IMG/VR virus record: IMGVR_UViG_3300030100_000755
Span: 1 to 64,000 of that record
DNA: 64,000 nt
Source: a virus
Lineage: Duplodnaviria > Caudoviricetes
Strand: one strand, 5' to 3'
In this document: in pieces, positions 27,146 through 36,987 of the stretch
Position numbering within the stretch: position 1 is the stretch's first letter
Layout: the number at the start of each line of letters is the position of its first letter
Translations under genes and position numbers: made by a program
The notes under the pieces: generated by a model
What the model saw: only the letters and a program-made list of their open reading frames with translations
What the model was told of the DNA's origin: nothing
Database searches by the model: none

Positions 27146-27796
27146 TTATGACCAGTCTAAGTTAGCCATGTAATTATCAATCTCTTGTTGAGTTTCTAAT
27201 GCATTAATATAATCTTTGTGTTGACGCGCTTTATATACATAATGCTTCTTGTGTGCAGCCACAGTTTGGCCTAGTTGTTGCAACTCAGATGACGTTAATT
27301 CAACTTCAATATTATCAACAGTGAGCCATGTAGTGTCCACACCAGACAATACTGCACCCATTAAATCACTAATAGATTGTTGATCTGTTTGATATGTGTG
27401 ATTATTAAATTCAACCCCACCATGTATATAACCATCACGTAGTGAATTGATTGATGATTTAGCGTTATTACGAAGTAGGTCGATGCCAATAGGTGATACA
27501 GATACATCAGAATTAGAGTCATCATGCAGTTCCCATAACTTTTCCCACACATTAATCTCAACATCAACCATCTTAGGTTGTTCTTCCGTGATGTCATTAC
27601 CCTCTTCATCTTGCCCTACAACAACTTCTTCTGTTCCTTGCTGTTCTTGGGTGTAACGTTTGAAGTCTTCACGTATTACCCCTGAGTGAGTAGGCAAACC
27701 TTCACCTTCATCCCATACCCAAGAAACAGCACCATCTTCATTTTCTTTGAATGTATCGACTTTTAAGAAGTCATTTTCGTCTATAAATGTAAGCAT
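27146..27796 (-). CDS. DUF4376-like tail fibre-associated protein
   Basis: INSLRD, YQTDQQS, WLTVDN, KARQHKDYINAL C-terminal pattern; follows the fibre gene. Confidence 0.7.
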   Translation of the reverse strand: MLTFIDENDFLKVDTFKENEDGAVSWVWDEGEGLPTHSGVIREDFKRYTQEQQGTEEVVVGQDEEGNDITEEQPKMVDVEINVWEKLWELHDDSNSDVSVSPIGIDLLRNNAKSSINSLRDGYIHGGVEFNNHTYQTDQQSISDLMGAVLSGVDTTWLTVDNIEVELTSSELQQLGQTVAAHKKHYVYKARQHKDYINALETQQEIDNYMANLDWS

Positions 27797-27808
27797 TGTT
27801 ATGATTCC

Positions 27809-28870
27809 TTAGAAGTTTACTTTTATTTTTGAAGAAGCGTCCCCTGTACGTAATTCTACATGATTACCCGTCCCCACTGAGCTGCTCAATGTAATGTTGA
27901 TTACTGCTACCCTACTGGACGATTGTCCTTGCAAAGATAGCGTAACATTAGACTCAATTAGTACGTTGTTACTGAACACAGAGAACTGACCTTCTGTAGT
28001 CAAGCTGGAAGGAAGAGTGTTACTCATTAAGGGGAGATAAACTCTTGCAACAGTAGATGTTAACATTACTCCTGTCGCCACCACGTCCTGAGCACTGTTA
28101 CCCGAAAACTCGTTAAGGTTAGTGTTACCGCTGTGATAGAGCTCTGCCCACGGTGAAAAACCCGACGAAGACGGTTTTCCTCGAAAATATGCTTCCCTCC
28201 CGTTTATATTTATTGAAAGTTGTGTGCATAGGGTGTTTGAGTACCCCGAAGTTAGTACTGTACTAAAACCATTAGACGCACGATTAACAGTAGAAGTATT
28301 AGTTCTTGATAGTCCTGAAGGAGCTAAGTCAAGGTTGCCTGAGATCGGAACTGAGCTAAAATCCCCCGATTCTACACCTAAACCATAATCTAAAGGATTA
28401 ACAGAGTTACCGCTGTGGAATATTCCAGCGCTATTTAATGCCGCATCACTCTGAAAGTACGCCTTGGTAACAACATCATCACTAGCAACTGGCGCAGATG
28501 CCTTTAATCGCCCATTACTATCACGTTTAGCTATGCTATTAGCCGCAGCACTGACATTAACATCACCAGCAATGCCCTCGTATGTAACTCGTAGTTGTCG
28601 TATTTCCTCGGCAGCAGCTTTAATCTCAGCAGCAGTGGGTGCAGATATAGCGGATTGCCCTGAACCACTTGCGCCATTCCAATTATCGAATAGCTCAATA
28701 GTCTGAGGTGTGGCTGATGTGTTAACTGTCTTAACTTCTTGTATTCGCCCATTACCAATTTGAATCCATGAATTAGGCGAGATTAGAGAAACATCATCGC
28801 CTGTATTCACCCGTATAAATTTGTTACCGTTAGTAGCGGTAACATCTGTTGCTGTAAATAATTGTGACAT
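27809..28870 (-). CDS. Tail fibre / receptor-binding protein
   Basis: ATNGNK fibre N-terminus, IAKRDSNGRL, FHSGN, PWAELYHSGN motifs. Confidence 0.75.
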   Translation of the reverse strand: MSQLFTATDVTATNGNKFIRVNTGDDVSLISPNSWIQIGNGRIQEVKTVNTSATPQTIELFDNWNGASGSGQSAISAPTAAEIKAAAEEIRQLRVTYEGIAGDVNVSAAANSIAKRDSNGRLKASAPVASDDVVTKAYFQSDAALNSAGIFHSGNSVNPLDYGLGVESGDFSSVPISGNLDLAPSGLSRTNTSTVNRASNGFSTVLTSGYSNTLCTQLSININGREAYFRGKPSSSGFSPWAELYHSGNTNLNEFSGNSAQDVVATGVMLTSTVARVYLPLMSNTLPSSLTTEGQFSVFSNNVLIESNVTLSLQGQSSSRVAVINITLSSSVGTGNHVELRTGDASSKIKVNF

Positions 28871-28893
28871 TATTTCATCCCGTTATTAGGTTT

Positions 28894-28917
28894 AATCTAG
28901 TGTGGTATTTTTGACAC
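28894..28917 (-). promoter_or_regulatory. Putative late promoter motif (tail fibre)
   Basis: GTGTC-13 nt-TAGATT. Confidence 0.5.
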
Positions 28918-28948
28918 GTATTGTTAGGCTAGTTTGTTTTCTTCGATT

Positions 28949-31900
28949 TTAATTTAGTATATTTTCAAAAGTACTTATGGAGCACTTTTGATTTCTTCCT
29001 GATAGATTTAATTGGTCTACTTCTATTGTATAAGTGTAAGTTGTGCTGCTAGTGTTAGAATCAATTAGATTTGTACCAAAGGAATAATAATCCGTAGTAA
29101 GGTACTCACCCTGCTCATAACGTACATCACGAGTAACATTAATCTTACCTGACTCTAGGGTAGAGCTACCACGTTTCACAGTGTAGTCTATTAAGTACGT
29201 AGACGTTCCTACACCACCTGACGGAGCACTACTAGTGTTAGCAAAAGCACTACCTGACGAACCAACAGTAATTGATACATTCTTACCTGCACTTTTATGG
29301 TTTACAGAAGCGGAGTATACGCCAGTAGCTGACTGACTTTCAACAACACCCCCTTCAAAGAAACTACCTTTAATATACCCCGTACCATCTTTCTTAATCC
29401 AGAATGTACCATTAGCATCATTCTTAGCCCCCTTACCAATCCAGAACATATAAGTCCCGTCATCTTCCATTATGGCTCTTGATGCGCTTGCTGATTGAGT
29501 TGTTGCAACTCTACCGCCTGATACACTAGCACCAGAGATAGTGCCGCCTGTAATAGTGGATGCTGTAATAGTAGCACCGCTCACATTACCACTGAATGTA
29601 CCTGAGTCAGCGATAATCTCACCATCAAATACATAGCGACCATTCTCAACATCAAAATAAATCATTGGTGTGTTATCATCGTCAACGAATACAACACTGT
29701 CTGATTTGAACTCTATTTGTTGTTGTGAATTACTACCGCTAACAAATATACCTGTCACTTGGTCGTTAACATTAACACCAAAGAAAGCCCTAGCTTCTAA
29801 TTCACCAATAGACTGATTAAAGTTGGTATTCAATTGAACCTGAGCAGCGGCGAAATCCTCGTTATCCTCTACTCGGTTTGTTAACTGTGTAACACTACTA
29901 GCAGCGCCATCGGCAGTTGATTGAGCAGTCTGAACAAATCCATACAAAGCACTAGAGTTAGTTTGAGGGTTATCTAGCTTACCTTGAACGCCACTGATTG
30001 CAGTAGCTTGCTGACCATTAACAACTTCCACGCTATCTATGCGAGATAATGCGCCACTTAAACCGCTATCTAAATCGTTAACTTCTATCTCAAGCGCATC
30101 AATGGCGGATGTTTGTTGCCCATTAACTGTTTCAACGTCATTTAACCTAGTTAACGCCCCACTAATATCACCATCATTATTGGTAACTCTCAAATCTAGC
30201 TGGCTTATAGCCGTAGCCTGTTGCCCATTAATGGTTTCAACGCTGTCAAGCCTAGTTAGCGAGCTACTAATATCTGACTCTACATCAGTTACTCTTTGCT
30301 GTAATCCACTTATAACCGTTGCTTGCTGCCCATTAACAGTCTCTACACTGGATAACCTAGTTAAAGCACCACTCAACCCACTATCTAAATCATCAACCTC
30401 TATCTCTAATGCATCAATAGCACTAGTTTGTTGATTGTTAACTGTTTCAACGCTGCTTAATCTAGTTAACGCACCATTTATATCACCATCGTTACTAGTG
30501 ACTCGCAAGTCTAGTTGACTAATCGCTGATGCTTGTTGCCCATTAACAGTCTCTACACTATCAAGCCTACTTAAAGTGCCACCAAGCCCAGCGTCTAAGT
30601 CGTTAACCAACAACTGCAAACCACTTATAGCAGATGAGTTATTGTCAGCATCTATTTCTACTTGGTCAACTCTTTTAATCGTTGCTAATATGTCTGACTC
30701 TGTATCGCCCACTCGCAAAGAAAGGCCACTAATCGCTGATGTATTACCATCAACATCAGTTTGAACCCTGTCAACTCTGTCATTGGTAGCAGTGATTAGA
30801 TTGCCGTTAATAACAGTAAACGCTTCAAGGCTCGTTAGCTGTTCAGCAAGCGCACCATCTGGACCAATATCAACGTTGATTTTATTGATAGCATCAGCAA
30901 AGTTTGTGTTAGTCGATAAATCACCCGCTCGTATTTTAGCGATATCTATCTCAGCAAATAAAGCGGCAATGTCAGACTCTTGGTTTCTCGACCGCTCTGT
31001 ATAGATACCATACGCATTGTTAACAATCTCACCATTCTGTGCATCTATGCGCTCATTAGCTTCGATGAATTGCGCGGTGTTGTCATCCTGATTTGACTGT
31101 ACTGTTTGAGCAAGTGTTGTAACTGTTCCGCCTAACGCATCAATCTCAATACCAGCGGTATTCGCCTTAACAATCGTGTCGTTATCAATCAACTCCTGCC
31201 TAGTCGCTTGTAAGTCAATGATGCTATTCAAGCCATCAACAGTAGTCTCAACATTACTAAATGTAACGGTGTTGTTGTTATATTCGGTAACGGTTACACG
31301 CTGTGTTATTGCCGCCTCATTAGCATCAATATCTAATTCAGCCTGTGATACTCGCGCTTGTACGCTTTCAAGCTCAAGTAGTGAAGAGTCTGGTTTACCG
31401 ATTATAATAGACGTAATCGTAAACTCATCAGCAACGCTGTTACCAAGCACCAACCTAACGCGATTAATAGTACCGTTATAAGATGATATACCTCTAAAGT
31501 CAGCACTAACCGTTACAGCACCAACAGACGGCTCTGCAATGATTCCAGCGTAGGTTTCTGTGGTAGTGTCGTCACGCTCGATGATAACGTCACCACGCCA
31601 TCCTGAGCCGCTTGTGCGTTCGATACCAATACGAATTAATTGGTTTTCAGACGCATCGAAGTTAAGTGAATCATTTTCAATATCACCAAACGCAACGTCT
31701 ACTTCGTTAACACCATTTATGATTGTACCATTTACTGCAACCCATCCCTGAGCGCTGTCAAAGAAATTAAATGAGTGAGCAGGGGTTAGGGCACTAATTG
31801 ACTCATTAACAATACTCGTTGCTGTTGCTGTTATCTGACCCGGTATTAATGATAATTCAGAAGATAGGTTTGTGACCTCACCCTCAACTGTTTCAATGCG

Positions 31901-34900
31901 CTGTGTAGCAATATCAACTTCACCAGATACACCATCAATTAATAACTGAGCATTAGTGAATGATTCGTCTGTGTAGTTAAATGCTCGGTTAACTATTTGC
32001 CCGTTAGTTGGATCAACATAAACAACAGCATCAATAAGAGACTCACCAGCAGCTACTCTTCGCGCCAATTCCTCACGACTAGCAGCAGCTTGGATTTCAG
32101 ATTGTAATAATTCAAGTTCAGATTGTTGTCTACGCTCAGATTCTGTTTTTAACCTAAATTCTATGTCACGATTAATACCAGATATTGCTGTGATCGAGTC
32201 AGTAATGTTTGATATATCTAGGTTAATATCATCAATATCAGAACCAATATCAGTAATGTCTAGGTTAATATCATCAATATCAGAACCAATGTCGATAATA
32301 TCTAGGTTAATATCATCAATACCAATCTCAATATTATCTAGTTCATCACGAATAGTATCGCTATTGAACACAACCTCTACTGATGTGGATGCATAATCAG
32401 ACTCATTACCAGCAACATCAATAGTCTTAACAAAGAAATAATGAGTACCAACATCAGTTGTTGAGTATGTAGTGGTTAATGCATCTACGCTACCGATTCC
32501 TATACTATCAGAAACATCTGTGAATGGTGGCTTACTAACTCTCACTTCATAATTATCAATAGCATAACCATTATTCGAGATAGACCATCTCAGCCTAGAT
32601 GTTAGACCCTCTTGTTCAGCAATGAAACTATTAGGGATAGGTGGTTGATTGACAAGTACATCAACGCTATCACCAATACCATATTCACCAAACGTGTTGA
32701 ATGATGATACATAATACATTTGTTGTGTTGTGAGTAATCCTAAGAAGAATGAATTATCCTTGGTTACACCAACAAAATTTTCATCTTCCACACCAAAGTT
32801 CAAATCAGTTCTGATCTCATAACCAGCTAACTCAGGGTCTTGAACAGGAGTGTATGTTAAGTACGTACCGTCTAAATTATGAACGTAGTTTAAGTTCTCA
32901 ACTTCTGGTAAATCTTCACCTGCTCTTAGTTCAACAATAACGTTATTAGACCAACCAGAAACAGCACCGATTGGTGATCGAAATTGAGACCTAACCTCAT
33001 ATTTCAAACCACGATCTAGTGTTGTAACCTCAAAAGCAAACTGTGCTACATCACCTTGTGCAATATACTCCCAACCATCATCTTCATCAAGAAAATACTC
33101 GTCTGGTGTGGTAGCAGTGAGTGGGAATGAACGCGCTTGAATATAAGCCCTATAATTCTTAGCTGGATATGATTGATCAGGACTATTCACCAATATACTC
33201 ATTACACCACGATTAGTGCTAACAGACATTACTGGACTAGGTGGTTGTGTAGTATCAGTTGGTATTGCAATGCTTGGATTATATGTGGGTACGGGATTAC
33301 CATCGAAATCATACAACTCGTTTGCAGCATTCAACAGTGTTAATGTAGCACCTAAATCTTCATTATATTTTATGCTAGTGATAATACAGTCGATGGCTTC
33401 TTTACCCACTTCACCATATATAACTAAATCACCAACTAAAACCTCAGCATCTAATGTATCACAATCAAATTGACCATCACCTAAATATGTGGCAGGACTA
33501 GTAGTAATAACACCTTTACTATCTCTAACCTGAACACCGAAGTTATTAGGTGGTAATTGGTCTGTGTTTATTTGTTCATCTAAAGTTATGACATTACCAT
33601 TGATAGCTTTAATTCTACCAGCACCTAAGCCAACATTAATTATGTCATTGGTAACACGAACTAAATCACCACGCTTACTTGCTAAAACCTCAGCATCTAA
33701 GTCTAAAGTATAAGCTTCTCGTCTTAGGAATTGCTCATAATAATCTAATCGAGTAAGACGATACGCTTGGTCAAAGTTGTCCACACCCCATAAATCAACA
33801 GACGTGTATCTACCTTTAAGTAGTGTTTGGTCTAACGCTTTAGCAGGATCTAAGAATGTACCTTCATCTTGCTCATAATCAACATCTTTAGATTCAAACG
33901 TAAACTTAACACCATCTACTACTTCTGGATAAACTCTACGTGATTGGAAGTTAGCGCTGTTCTTAGGTGTAAATATTTGACGAGGTACTACTTGCTTAAT
34001 CTTTTCAATTACGCCAAACTTACCCTCATTAAATTGGAACTCAGCACGACCAACATAAGAAACATTTTTTAATTCTGTTAGTAATGTTGATTGGTAATCT
34101 ATTAACGCAGAAATAGTCCAATTCTCATCAATACAACGCTGTCTCCAAGTCGATAAGCTATTATTATCGATCTTATCGTTAGGGATAGGGCTGTAATTCA
34201 TACCTCCCTGCATTAACCACTTATAAGCATCAGCAGGGTTATTAGAAGGTTCTAAGGTAAGGTTAGGCCAATCGCGCCAATCAGTACTTTTATCAGAAGG
34301 GACAACCATTGTAGCATCACAATAAAGGTTATCTAAGTTACCATTTAACTGACCAGTGGCTCTCATTCTAACACCGATAACAGTAGGTCTAAAGTTACGA
34401 ACAACATTACCATCATAACGAAGTCTTGGTCTGTTATAACCAATAGCCTCTTTAAACCCATCATCAGTCAACGGTCTAATTGTTTGCAAGTTTTCCCACT
34501 GAACATCAGCGGAACCCCTAGCCTCCTCAACTCGCTCTCTAGTAGGACCAACTTTTCTTGTTCTAATATTTATACTAGTTTGATTACCCCATATTTGCGG
34601 AACACGAGGTATTCTAATTGATTTTAGCTTAGGTTTTCTAGTTGAATCGGTATATACTAGAGAGCCGATCTTATAGTTCTCTGGTAGGTTCTTGAAGAAT
34701 AATAACCCATCTACATTAATGACTTCATAGTTACCTAATGATGATAGTCGCTCACCATTAGCGTTTACGAAACCCTCATCGAGTAGTCCATATATTTTAT
34801 TCAGGATTGAACTGTCTTTCCATACTACAAAATCACCTTGATATGGAGATACAGCATAATCTCTAGGGTGTAAGACTGTACCACTAGTTGCCCTTTGAGG

Positions 34901-35755
34901 CTTAACTACTGTCCACCAATCACCATTCTCATCCTGTATGTCTTGTCTAACCTCAACAATTTGAGGTTCATTATTACCCTTCTTATCCATTGAGAATACG
35001 CCAGAAGGGAATAGGAAATTACTCACAATGGTTTCTGGATTAGGAGCAGTTGTTCTGTTAGTCCAACCTTCCTCTTCACGCAATTCAATCTGTACTAATT
35101 CTTGATTAATATCTTGTTTCCAGAACTCACGGATAACAGATTCATCGGTATTTTCAAAATGATCTAATACGACAACTTCAACATCATCAAAATCTTCTAT
35201 TGATGTTTCACCAATACGGAAGTTTTCTAATTTAAGAGGGCCATAACCAGCAGAGAATAATGCGTGGAAATATTCCCTATCACCCTCTACTGTGGTGTAA
35301 GGGCGAGAAATATAAGAAGGAGCAATCTTACGCTTACCTAGTAAGGCTTGAAATGGTTCATAAAGTGGGGTTTTGTTTTTAAGTCCAGATATGCGGTCAA
35401 ATTTATTTTCATCTGAACCTTCTGTGTTTTGATCACCAATACTGGGCATTAACGCAATAGATAACGCAACAGAGCCTACAACGATTAACGCTACTACCCA
35501 CGGTGAAATAGGATCGGCAGGAACTAATGTAACATGAACAACATCATCTACTTTTGGTTTATAGTTACCATGTACCACTTCACCATTAACTAATACTTGT
35601 GGGTTTGAGCCTGTATTGTTAGAGGCATTTTTCTTTATATCAGATACAGAAACGCCCACCCCTATATGATGAAGGGTAGGCTCATTAAACGGGTGTTCTT
35701 GTACTAAGAGAGAAAATACGGGTGTCGATAAAATGCCCTGATCTTTGCTTTCCAC
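28949..35755 (-). CDS. Central tail fibre / tip attachment protein (J-like, 2268 aa)
   Basis: EPFQALLGKRKIAP, SAGYGPL, NPADAY, KRGDLVRV hub motifs; FN3-like segments; long coiled-coil repeats. Confidence 0.88.
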   Translation of the reverse strand: MESKDQGILSTPVFSLLVQEHPFNEPTLHHIGVGVSVSDIKKNASNNTGSNPQVLVNGEVVHGNYKPKVDDVVHVTLVPADPISPWVVALIVVGSVALSIALMPSIGDQNTEGSDENKFDRISGLKNKTPLYEPFQALLGKRKIAPSYISRPYTTVEGDREYFHALFSAGYGPLKLENFRIGETSIEDFDDVEVVVLDHFENTDESVIREFWKQDINQELVQIELREEEGWTNRTTAPNPETIVSNFLFPSGVFSMDKKGNNEPQIVEVRQDIQDENGDWWTVVKPQRATSGTVLHPRDYAVSPYQGDFVVWKDSSILNKIYGLLDEGFVNANGERLSSLGNYEVINVDGLLFFKNLPENYKIGSLVYTDSTRKPKLKSIRIPRVPQIWGNQTSINIRTRKVGPTRERVEEARGSADVQWENLQTIRPLTDDGFKEAIGYNRPRLRYDGNVVRNFRPTVIGVRMRATGQLNGNLDNLYCDATMVVPSDKSTDWRDWPNLTLEPSNNPADAYKWLMQGGMNYSPIPNDKIDNNSLSTWRQRCIDENWTISALIDYQSTLLTELKNVSYVGRAEFQFNEGKFGVIEKIKQVVPRQIFTPKNSANFQSRRVYPEVVDGVKFTFESKDVDYEQDEGTFLDPAKALDQTLLKGRYTSVDLWGVDNFDQAYRLTRLDYYEQFLRREAYTLDLDAEVLASKRGDLVRVTNDIINVGLGAGRIKAINGNVITLDEQINTDQLPPNNFGVQVRDSKGVITTSPATYLGDGQFDCDTLDAEVLVGDLVIYGEVGKEAIDCIITSIKYNEDLGATLTLLNAANELYDFDGNPVPTYNPSIAIPTDTTQPPSPVMSVSTNRGVMSILVNSPDQSYPAKNYRAYIQARSFPLTATTPDEYFLDEDDGWEYIAQGDVAQFAFEVTTLDRGLKYEVRSQFRSPIGAVSGWSNNVIVELRAGEDLPEVENLNYVHNLDGTYLTYTPVQDPELAGYEIRTDLNFGVEDENFVGVTKDNSFFLGLLTTQQMYYVSSFNTFGEYGIGDSVDVLVNQPPIPNSFIAEQEGLTSRLRWSISNNGYAIDNYEVRVSKPPFTDVSDSIGIGSVDALTTTYSTTDVGTHYFFVKTIDVAGNESDYASTSVEVVFNSDTIRDELDNIEIGIDDINLDIIDIGSDIDDINLDITDIGSDIDDINLDISNITDSITAISGINRDIEFRLKTESERRQQSELELLQSEIQAAASREELARRVAAGESLIDAVVYVDPTNGQIVNRAFNYTDESFTNAQLLIDGVSGEVDIATQRIETVEGEVTNLSSELSLIPGQITATATSIVNESISALTPAHSFNFFDSAQGWVAVNGTIINGVNEVDVAFGDIENDSLNFDASENQLIRIGIERTSGSGWRGDVIIERDDTTTETYAGIIAEPSVGAVTVSADFRGISSYNGTINRVRLVLGNSVADEFTITSIIIGKPDSSLLELESVQARVSQAELDIDANEAAITQRVTVTEYNNNTVTFSNVETTVDGLNSIIDLQATRQELIDNDTIVKANTAGIEIDALGGTVTTLAQTVQSNQDDNTAQFIEANERIDAQNGEIVNNAYGIYTERSRNQESDIAALFAEIDIAKIRAGDLSTNTNFADAINKINVDIGPDGALAEQLTSLEAFTVINGNLITATNDRVDRVQTDVDGNTSAISGLSLRVGDTESDILATIKRVDQVEIDADNNSSAISGLQLLVNDLDAGLGGTLSRLDSVETVNGQQASAISQLDLRVTSNDGDINGALTRLSSVETVNNQQTSAIDALEIEVDDLDSGLSGALTRLSSVETVNGQQATVISGLQQRVTDVESDISSSLTRLDSVETINGQQATAISQLDLRVTNNDGDISGALTRLNDVETVNGQQTSAIDALEIEVNDLDSGLSGALSRIDSVEVVNGQQATAISGVQGKLDNPQTNSSALYGFVQTAQSTADGAASSVTQLTNRVEDNEDFAAAQVQLNTNFNQSIGELEARAFFGVNVNDQVTGIFVSGSNSQQQIEFKSDSVVFVDDDNTPMIYFDVENGRYVFDGEIIADSGTFSGNVSGATITASTITGGTISGASVSGGRVATTQSASASRAIMEDDGTYMFWIGKGAKNDANGTFWIKKDGTGYIKGSFFEGGVVESQSATGVYSASVNHKSAGKNVSITVGSSGSAFANTSSAPSGGVGTSTYLIDYTVKRGSSTLESGKINVTRDVRYEQGEYLTTDYYSFGTNLIDSNTSSTTYTYTIEVDQLNLSGRNQKCSISTFENILN
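29985..30600 (-). repeat. 35-aa (105-nt) coding repeats with ABC-ABC higher-order period
   Basis: L(S/T)RL(D/S)SVETVNGQQ units read in the translation. Confidence 0.85.
32215..32325. repeat. 42-bp coding tandem repeat (DIDDINLDITDIGS)
   Basis: TCTAGGTTAATATCATCAATA occurs 3 times at 42-nt spacing. Confidence 0.88.
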
Positions 35756-36120
35756 TTATTGCTCCTAAATGATTCTATTACGCTACCACCCTTATCAAAT
35801 GCGTGAATCATGTAGTCTTTATCTACTACCATACCAATGTGAGTAGGTTGACCTGCATTGTCTATGAGGATTAAATCACCCTCTTGTGGCTGCTCTTCAA
35901 TAGACAATTTTTGACACTCCTTATATAACCCCGTACCAGTTATAAAAGAAGATGTACCCTTACGACCTTCCTTGATAAAGTTACATTCTTTATAGCGCGG
36001 TAACTCGACACCATACAAATCAGAATAAATAGTAACCACCAATCCCCAACAGTCTACTATTCCATTTTCCCTACCGTTATTACCGTAAGGCAAACCAATA
36101 TAGGGTATGAATTTTTCCAT
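35704..36120 (-). CDS. NlpC/P60 tail tip protein
   Basis: IGLPYG, DCWGLV, HIG catalytic motifs; start reassigned to 36120. Confidence 0.88.
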   Translation of the reverse strand: MEKFIPYIGLPYGNNGRENGIVDCWGLVVTIYSDLYGVELPRYKECNFIKEGRKGTSSFITGTGLYKECQKLSIEEQPQEGDLILIDNAGQPTHIGMVVDKDYMIHAFDKGGSVIESFRSNKWKAKIRAFYRHPYFLS

Positions 36121-36121
36121 A

Positions 36122-36625
36122 TTATTGACCCTGTACTGTAACGTTTTCCCATAACAAGGGGAATATATTAGGGGTAACAATGTCACCAACAATAGGCTCA
36201 CTCAACACAGGCTCAGACTCAAGTTGAATAGTTACGGCACTATCTTTAACAGTCCATTCTTTAGCTCTAAATTCAATCTCAGGTAACTCAACAACGTCTG
36301 GTCTTTCAGCCACCACTACTGACAAATATACATCAGGGGCTTCATTAAATATGCGCAATTCATTTATGACTTGTCTGTCACCACTATCAAATGTTAATGT
36401 AACATCAGGCATATTATCTGATTCATCAGATCCTAGTGACATTTTAAATGCAGCAGCTTGATACACTTGCCCATTACTTGTAATTGGTTGCCAATTATTT
36501 ACGTAATATTTATTAACAACATTACCGTCATTATCGAATCCTTTATAACGCAATAATGGTAATAGTGTTGTAGGCATATATTGTGAAAACACATCTTGTA
36601 GTGTATCTGGGGTTAGGTCAGGCAT
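36122..36625 (-). CDS. DUF1833-like minor tail protein
   Basis: ITSNGQVYQAAAFKMSL...VTLTFD; synteny. Confidence 0.7.
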   Translation of the reverse strand: MPDLTPDTLQDVFSQYMPTTLLPLLRYKGFDNDGNVVNKYYVNNWQPITSNGQVYQAAAFKMSLGSDESDNMPDVTLTFDSGDRQVINELRIFNEAPDVYLSVVVAERPDVVELPEIEFRAKEWTVKDSAVTIQLESEPVLSEPIVGDIVTPNIFPLLWENVTVQGQ

Positions 36626-36634
36626 TCTTTTCTC

Positions 36635-36982
36635 CTATGGTAATAGCTCTAATTCACAAGTAACACGATATAAATTACCAACTTTTTCATAACGAGGTGG
36701 TGATCTAAATCGGTACTCTTTGGTTAAACCTGTTTCTGGCTCTTTCTTAAAGAATGATATTGTACCTCGACCCGCATCATTTTTAAAGAAAGAATCTAAT
36801 GTAGTATATAGACTATCTTCTATTACATATTGTTCCGTAATAGTTTCAGGCATAGCCGTAGAACGATTTCGCTCCTTGGCTCTACCTGTATCTGTTGGGA
36901 ATTGTAATAGTGAACTTTGCGGTGTGCGACTATAACCACTCACCAAAGGGTATTGTGGTAAATCCACAGGCCATACATTCAT
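36635..36982 (-). CDS. Distal tail (minor tail) protein
   Basis: WPVDLP...G.AKERNRST; position after the tape measure. Confidence 0.7.
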   Translation of the reverse strand: MNVWPVDLPQYPLVSGYSRTPQSSLLQFPTDTGRAKERNRSTAMPETITEQYVIEDSLYTTLDSFFKNDAGRGTISFFKKEPETGLTKEYRFRSPPRYEKVGNLYRVTCELELLP

Positions 36983-36987
36983 TATTA

